Shown here: piece by piece, positions 39,001 through 64,000 of the stretch
How the letters are laid out: each line of letters begins with the position of its first letter
How positions within the stretch are numbered: position 1 is the first letter of the stretch
Assembly: GCF_009914755.1 (NCBI RefSeq)
Contig: NC_060935.1
Length of the DNA: 64,000 nt
Strand: one strand, 5' to 3'
DNA from: the human T2T-CHM13v2.0 reference genome, Homo sapiens
Program-made: the position numbers and the translations under genes
The notes under the pieces: generated by a model
What the model was told of the DNA's origin: nothing
Database searches by the model: none
Seen by the model: the letters and a program-made list of their open reading frames with translations, nothing else

Positions 39001-39929
39001 TCAAAAAAATAATAATAATAACACTCTTACTCCACGGTGTGTAGGCTGAGTACTTTCTCTCTTTTGAGGCTACTTTAGTGTTTTCTTTTCTTTTTTTTTT
39101 TTTTTTGAGATGGAATTTCGCTCTTGTCGCCCAGGTTGGAGTGTAGTGGTGCGATATTGGCTCACTGAAACCTCTGCCTCCCAGGTTCAGGCAATTCTCC
39201 TGCCTCAGCCTCCTTAGTAGCTGGGATTACAGGCGTGTGCCACCACGCCTGGCTAATTTTTGTATTTTTAGTAGAGATGGGGTTTTACCATATTGGCCAG
39301 GCTGGTCTGGAACTCCTGACCTCGGGTGATCCACTTGCCTTGGCCTCCCAGAATGCTGAGATTACAGGCATGAGCCACGACTTTCCGCCTACTTTAACAT
39401 TTTCTTGCTAACGTCTGTCTGCTTAACATCCTGAATTAGATAGCTATAAATATTTGATAGCCAGTGTTTGATTATGTTTCAAACAAAGATGGCACATTCT
39501 TTCTTTTCATGAACTTTGAACTTATTGCACTTGATCTGTTAAAACGGCAGTATTGTGCAGTTTGTGTGTATGTCAAGGCTTTTATTTATGTATGTCACTC
39601 ATATCCTTGTTTTCTGTTTTAAATTTTAGGTTCTTGGGGTTTTTCTCTGTCTGTGAGTACTTGGTAAAAAGTTAAACCCTAAAGATAAAAGGCAGCAAAT
39701 AGTGACCAAACGAATGTTTTTGGCAAATACATTGGTGAAGGCCTCCTTCAGGTAGGTAGAGAGGAGGAGGGAAGAGGGTGGCCTTTCAGGTGGTAAAGAC
39801 AGCATAAGCTTTATACTACTACTATAAGGCCTATTCTGTGGATCTCTGATAGATGAGCAGACTGAAGTAGGTGGTGTCTTTTGAGGGGCACTGCTGATAA
39901 CGTTGGGTAGAAATTTTAAACAACTTTGA

Positions 39930-40274
<345 letters not shown>

Positions 40275-40401
40275 TAATATAACAGTGATTTGGCCAAAGT
40301 GGCATTTTGGGAGTAATGTCTCCAGTTTCAGGTCGGGGTGGTCTAGAAAGAAATTCAAATAGCTTGCCTTTTGAGGTGACAGGAACCCTGAACTCTTAAG
40401 G

Positions 40402-40592
40402 CAGTGGTTTTCAAAGTGTAGGTCTCTCATTAGCAGCATGAGCATTAACTGAGTGTCTGGGAACATATTAGAATGCAAATTCTTGGGCCCCACCCCAAAC
40501 TTACTGAACCAGAAACTCTGGAGTTGGGGCCTAGCAATCTGTGTTTTAACAAGACAGGTGATTTTGATCCACGCAAAAGTTTGAGAACCATT
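40402..40592. mobile_element. MER5A (hAT-Charlie MITE)
   Basis: cagtggttttcaaagtg...aatgcaaattcttgggccccacccc...actgaaccagaaactctgg...aagtttgagaaccattg with degenerate TIRs. Confidence 0.85.
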
Positions 40593-40796
40593 GCTGTGGG
40601 TTATAGGTAGAAATGGAAAGGAAGAGATAGAAGCAAGACACATTGGCAGTGAAGGACTGACTAAACTTTGTAACTGATGGATAGCAGCATGTTATGATAG
40701 AGAAGAGTACTTAATTGGGGATGTTGAGCCTTGAGTTTTAGTATCAAGTCTCTTACCAATTGTGCTTTTATTCGTATTTATTTATTTATTTTTTGA

Positions 40797-41426
<630 letters not shown>

Positions 41427-41889
41427 TGACGTGCAGTGGCGCCATCTCGGCTTACTATAACTTCCGCCTCCCAGGTTCAAGCGATTCTCCTGCCTCAGCC
41501 AGCTGGGTTTACAGCCCTGCGCCACCACACCCAGGTAATTTTTGTATTTTTAGTAGAGACAGGGTTTCACCATGTTGGTCAGAGTGGTCTCAAACTCCTG
41601 ACCTCGTGATCCTCCCACCTCGGCCTCCCAAAGTGCTAGGATTAGAGGCGTGAGCCACCATGCCCGGCACCAACTGTGGTTTTAAACAAGAAAACTGACC
41701 TGTCCTTGTTGAAGTTGTACAGTGTGCTTTCTGAGGATTTTGAAGGCAAAGACAAATGAAATACTAAGGTAGACTTTGGGATTTAGCTTGGATTACCAGG
41801 AAGACTGGGGGAAAGATTTTTTGAAACTTTGAGGAGAGAATATGAGTGGATGAGGCTTTAGACAGTTGGAGATACTAGAAGATTTAAAG

Positions 41890-42093
41890 CAGATTCTCAA
41901 CTGGGGATGATTTTGCCCCCAAGGAAACATTTAGCAGTGGACATTTCTGATGGTCAGACTGGGGTAGTGCTACTGGTATTTAATGAGTAGAGGCTAGGGA
42001 TGCTGCTAAAGCATTCTGCAGTGCACAGGACAGCCCTAACTACGATGAATGAACAGGTCCAGAATGTCAGTAGTACAAGGTTGACAAACCCTG
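41890..42093. mobile_element. MER20 (hAT-Charlie MITE)
   Basis: ttctcaactggggatgattttgccccc...gtgctactgg...gtagaggctagggatgctgctaaa...gcacaggacagccc...aaaccctg; near-TSD ATTTAAAG/ATGTAAAG. Confidence 0.85.
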
Positions 42094-42162
42094 ATGTAAA
42101 GGGAAATACCCAGTAGATAGGTTGCATGTTTCCGTCCTGATTATCTGCTATTCATTTTATAA

Positions 42163-42306
<144 letters not shown>

Positions 42307-42710
42307 TGAGTAGCTGGGATTACAGGTATGCGTCGCCACGCCCAGCTAATTTTTATATTTTTAGTGGAGACAGGATTTCGCCACGTTGACTAGGCTGGTC
42401 TCGAACTTCTGACCTCAGGTGATCCACCTGCTTCAGCCTCTCAAAGTGCTGGGATTACAAGTGTGAGCCACCTCACCTGGCCTTGAATTTTAGATAAATC
42501 TAACACAAAACATCTCAAAAGCAGTCTCACATTGTGTTTCCCACATCATGCTTTGCAAAAGTAAGCATGAAGCCCTTTTTCTGTTGTTGAATTTTCACAA
42601 AACTAACTTCATGGTCATGACAATCCTCAACCCAGTTGCATATTTTCTTTACTCCTTTTAACATACGCAAAGATCAACTTATTTCGGTAACATAAGCATT
42701 CACTGTCTAG

Positions 42711-43022
<312 letters not shown>

Positions 43023-43809
43023 TGAGCCACCGCGCCCAGCACAGATTTCCTTTTGATACTCTCTTTGAAGGATAGGGAAATGAGATAAAAGTTGTGGTGC
43101 TGTTGTGAGCAAATGTTAAAATATTTTTAATTGCCCTGTAGCTGAAGACCGCATGATCACTCTGAAAAACTGCCTCATGAGCTGGTTGTGGCCCTCAGCC
43201 TTAATTCATCTCTTTAGATCCTGGATCACAGACGTTAGCAACTTTTTTGTTTGTCAAGGCAGTAATCTGCGTAAATGACTCGTTTCTGAGAGTGACCTCA
43301 AGATAATATATATTCATAAATGTAGTGATCGTTTTATAGTAGTTTTATAGTTTGCAAAGTACTTCTTTGTCTCTTGTGTCTTTTTGTCATTTTAGTCTTT
43401 TGATCATCACCATCTTAGTCTTTTGATCATCACCATTCTTGGGGTTGCCAGAACTTGTGGACAGTGCTACATGTTGGGTAATCCCAAAAGTTGCCATTCA
43501 CATATCTTAATCTATGTGAATAAAGATGCCCTTGGAATTCAATGGTGCACACCCTGTAGAACTATGAACTGATGTTTCTACCCACTACTGAAGTCTAGAT
43601 TCTAGATAGCTCATCCTATCATATACTTTCATTGCATTCTGTGTTTACCTTTGTTGCCTTTGTGTAACTATAATTAACGTTACTAGTGTGTTTGTTTAAT
43701 ATCTGATTTTTTCACCAGGCCAGAAACCATTTTTGGGGGATAAGGTAAAGGAAAAGTCACACTGCATATTTGAAAGTAGGAGATAAAAACCCAATCTCAT
43801 GGATAATAG

Positions 43810-45603
<1,794 letters not shown>

Positions 45604-45774
45604 TAGCTGGGACTGCAGGCATGTACCACCATGCCCGGCTAATTTTTTGTATTTTAGTAGAGACGGGGTTTCACCATGTTGGCCAGGATAATCTCTATCT
45701 CCTGACCTTGTGATTCGCCTGCCTCAGCCTCCCAAAGTGCTGGGATTACAGGCGTGAACCACCGCGCCTGGCCA

Positions 45775-45851
45775 AACTATAGTATTATTATAGGACCACC
45801 GTCACATATACAGTTGTTGAGTGAAATGCCGTTAAGTGGCACAAGTCTGTA
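45775..45851. mobile_element. Tigger5/MER47-like terminal fragment
   Basis: ggaccaccgtcacatata...gaaatgccgttaagtggcacaagtctgta resembles the MER47 terminus ending CTG-TA. Confidence 0.5.
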
Positions 45852-46110
45852 TTTGACCGTGAGTCTCTTTTTACCTAGTAAGAGTAGACTTCTGTAAGTC
45901 AAGGAATATGCTTTATTCAGGTGCTCAAAACTTGTCTATTGAATTGAACAAAAATGTGTTATGTAGTCCTAAAAATACATAAAATGTAGAGAACACAGTA
46001 AGTGAATTTCAACAATGAAAAGAACCTTAGATTGCTAATCAGGTTGCATAGGTTAGTTATCTAGCTTTATTTTATTCACCTACAAGGTTCTTAGTTCTAA
46101 TAATTTAAAC

Positions 46111-46543
46111 CAGTTGTTTTCAAAGTGTGCTCCCCAGACCACATTACCTGGGAACTAGTTAGAAAGGGAATTCTTGGGCTGGGCACGGTGGCTCACACCT
46201 GTAATCCCAGCACTTTGGGAGGCTGAGGTGGGCAGATCAGCAGAGGTCAGGAGTTCGAGACCAGCCTGACCAACATGGCAAAATCCCATGTCTACCAAAA
46301 ACACAAAAATTAACCAGGTGTGGTGGTGTGCACCTGTAATCCAACCTACTAGGGAAGCTGAGGCAGAAGAATTGCTTGAACCTGGGAGGTGGAGGTTACA
46401 GCGAGCCAAGATTGTGCCACTACATTCTTGGATCCTACCCCAAACGTACTGAATCAGAAAGTCTGGCAGTGGGGACTCAACAGCCTGTGTTTCAACTAGT
46501 TCTCCAGGTGATTCTGATAGATGGTAAAGTTTGAGAACCATTG
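46111..46543. mobile_element. MER5A interrupted by a tailless + strand Alu (46177-~46427)
   Basis: cagttgttttcaaagtgtg...gggaactagttagaaagggaattcttg [Alu] ...actgaatcagaaagtctgg...aaagtttgagaaccattg. Confidence 0.8.
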
Positions 46544-46806
46544 GAATTGTTGTAGCAGTTTTTCTGTTTGTTGGAAACAAAAAATTAACTAGAGGTAGTT
46601 ACCTTAATTTCACACTTCACAGCTTAAAGTTATTTTAAAATCGTTTCTTCATATTTCCTGCCAGTTGAATTTGCTGACATTTTTCTAAACCACTAATGGT
46701 ATCTTAGGCACAGTATCCTTGAATCACAGGCAGTAGTATTAAGTTTCTGAAGACTGCTTCTCCCCCCACCATGCTCCTTAAGTCTTATTTAAATAACCTT
46801 CAGTGA

Positions 46807-47037
<231 letters not shown>

Positions 47038-47805
47038 TGAGCCTCCCAAGTAGCTGGGATTACAGGCACCCACCACCACGCCCAGCACATTTTTGTATTT
47101 TTGGTAGAGATGGGTTTTCTCCGTGTTGGCCAGGCTGGTCTTGAACTCCTGACCTCTGGTGATTCGCCCACCTCGGCCCCCCAAAGTGCTAGGATTACAG
47201 GCGTGAGCCACTGCACCCAGCCTCTTTTTGTTTTTTAGAGATGGATCTGTCTACGTTGGTTGCCCAGGCTGGTCTTGAACTCCTAGGCTCAAGTGATCCT
47301 TCTGCCTCAGCCTCTCAAAGTACTAGTATTACAGGCATGAGCCACCACGACTGGCCCAAAGGTTGCAAGGTTGCTGCTGCTATTTTTTTTTTTAATTTAT
47401 TTTTTGAGACAGAGTCTCGCTCTGTCACTCAGTCTGGAGTGCGCTGGCACGATCTTGGCTCACTGCAACCTTTGCCTCCCGGGTTCAAGTGATTCTTCTG
47501 CCTCAGGTCCTGAGTAGCTGGGATTAGAGGCATGTGCTACCATGCCTGGCTATTTTTGTATTTTTTTAGTAGAGTCCGGGTTTCACTGTGTTGCACTGGC
47601 TGGTCTCCTGACCTCAACTGATGTGTGCATCTTGGCCTTCCACAGTGTTGGAACTATAGGCGTGAGCCACCGCACCTGGCCTACTCCTGTGTTCTTAGCT
47701 TGAGTTCCTGGTTGATGGGTGGTGCCACCAATTGAGAGAGAATACCATGGTTTGTGGATTGGGTACGGTGGCTTACACCTATAATCCCAACACTTTGGGA
47801 GGCTA

Positions 47806-48063
<258 letters not shown>

Positions 48064-48210
48064 TTATACAAAGAATATAGGTCGGAAGACCACCCTGAGC
48101 AACATAGCAAGACTGTCTCAAGAAAACCTTAAAAGAAGTTACAAGTAGGCCTGGTGCGATGGTTCACTCCTGTAATCCCAGCACTTTGGGAGGTGGAAGC
48201 GGGTGGATCA

Positions 48211-48465
<255 letters not shown>

Positions 48466-48899
48466 TTATATTAACCTTTCTGTCTCTAGTAGCATATTTA
48501 ATTCACCAGTTATTTATTGGGTCTACTTTATGAAGAACCTTACCAGAGATTCTGGGTTAACGTCATGAGGTATCACCATAGATTTGGATCACTTTTTATT
48601 AGGTAGAACTAGTTTAAAAAACGCTATATTTTAATTACTGCATGGATTACTTAATTTTTCTCCAGACCTCTTACCTCATGCTTGCTCAAGTCAAAGGTTG
48701 ATAAATACTACTCATTTAGCTTTGTGGGCACTTTCTCAGTTTATCCCCCTCTCTTTGGAGTGTCACTCCACGTTGTCTCATCGATGAAAATATTAGGAAC
48801 TCTCCTAAACATTGTATTTTGGGGAACACAAGCATCTGAAGATACCCATCCATTTACTTCTGTCCCTTATTATTTAACCATTTCTTCATATGCGAAACA

Positions 48900-57703
<8,804 letters not shown>

Positions 57704-58919
57704 TAGAATCTGTATTTTAGATACTCAGTAAACAAAAGATAGCAAAATTCAACAATTCGTTGTGTAATGACAGATCTTACACGAAATTACAGAATTCTTT
57801 ACAACCCTAGACAAGTTTAATTAAAGGGAAGAAACTAAAAAGTAAGAAACAGCTACAGCTGTTTAGCCCGGAAATATGCATTTGTTTTTCTAGCCGATAA
57901 ATAGATCAGAACTTAAGAAATTCACTGCCTCTCAGTTTACCTCAAATTTTACAACTAAGGGCCACAGGTATTATTTGTTAGTCTGACAAGTAAAAAATGA
58001 TGTTTTCTTTTCTCAAAAATGTGAAAAATTTACCACCACCTTGTTGGGCCAAAGGAGAGGTTGGGGGAAGAGAAGAGTAATTGAAACTGCTTTCTGCATA
58101 TCATTGATTCTCAAGTGTATTTAAATTATTTTTGTAGTAATCTATAGTATTTTTGGTTTTTGTTTGTTTACTATTAGTACACATTGGAAAGTGGATTCCA
58201 GGCCAATTAGGGAAGGAGATTGATTTTGAAATGATGTTAGTTCTCTGGAAACCACTTGTTTAAATAAGGGAATATCAAGAGGAAAGGGCTGGCCATAGTT
58301 ACTAATCCTTTGAGAGGAGGGATCTAAGAGTTGGAGGATATGTCAGACATGATCTCTCTTCTCTGGGGAATTAGAGGTGAGTTGGAGAAAACTGTGGGAG
58401 AGAGGGTCAGCAGACAAGGTGAAAGATCACTTGAGTCTAGTAGTGTGAGACCAGCCTGGGCAACAGAGCAAGACCCCATCTCTACAAAAATAAAATTAAA
58501 ATGCCAAGGTAAATGGTGTTAATTCTAAACATTTTGGAGGTGGGGGTGGGGTGGAGAATGGAGCATAGCATTCACCTCTTCTTTCATCCTAGTCTTCAGT
58601 CTAAACCTAGTGTTGAAGGCCAAAGGACAATACTCCCATACACAGTGTGAGTGGGAGGGAGTATGTAGTAAACCCCCCTTGCATGCAGTAGAGATGTGAT
58701 ATTCTCCTTTGCTTGGAGGATATCATGGTGGATAGTAGAAGCAGGGGTTCAGTTTAGTTTGTAAGTTATACCTTGGTAACTGTATGTTTGACCAATTATG
58801 CTGAAAATACAGAACTGTTTCAGCATACGTTGCTTTAGGAGATACACATACATATATTGAATCACTCTCTTGGTGGCTGATTTTTTCAGCTTTGGTTCTG
58901 CTGCTGCTTCCAACAGCCT

Positions 58920-60378
<1,459 letters not shown>

Positions 60379-60564
60379 CTGGAACAACCCATACCAGGGA
60401 TAAGTACTTCTTTTATCTTGCTGTAGAATTTCATATGGATCATTCCATAGCAGATGTTTAATGATTTCAGTTCAGTAAGAATATTTAAGTTATTTAACTT
60501 TTGTAGAATCAGATTTTTTTTTTGCTAGCAAAACAAAAGCATTTTTAATTTTATATATCAGTGA

Positions 60565-64000
<3,436 letters not shown>

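Overview
Primate (human-like) genomic DNA that is extremely Alu-dense (roughly 110-120 Alu elements or fragments by hand count), with older L1M, L2, MIR, MaLR/ERVL LTR and hAT/Tigger DNA-transposon relics. The one clear gene feature is a ~2.7-kb CpG-island promoter at ~25.4-28.2 kb. It carries NRF1-like and YY1 motifs and a + strand, apparently non-coding ~0.78-kb first exon ending at a strong CCG|GTGAGT donor (27725). Everything downstream looks like a long first intron with no recognisable coding exon; I could not identify the gene. The ORF track is explained by Alu translations and GC-rich CpG-island frames, so no CDS is called. I found no evidence for a new multi-gene system. The most unusual elements are: (i) a ~155-bp polyadenylated non-Alu sequence retrotransposed into an Alu linker at 37.8 kb, with a 17-bp TSD, AATAAA and dense TF motifs; (ii) a (TTGGGG)7 telomere-variant/G-quadruplex array inside an Alu at 50.2 kb; (iii) a perfect 36-bp Alu-derived inverted repeat with a 14-nt spacer at 8.5 kb; (iv) a CTCF-like motif overlapping a strong G4 at 2.76 kb; (v) uORF, CGG-repeat and alternative-donor architecture in the leader. 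Repeat family calls are from recalled consensus sequences and their boundaries are approximate.
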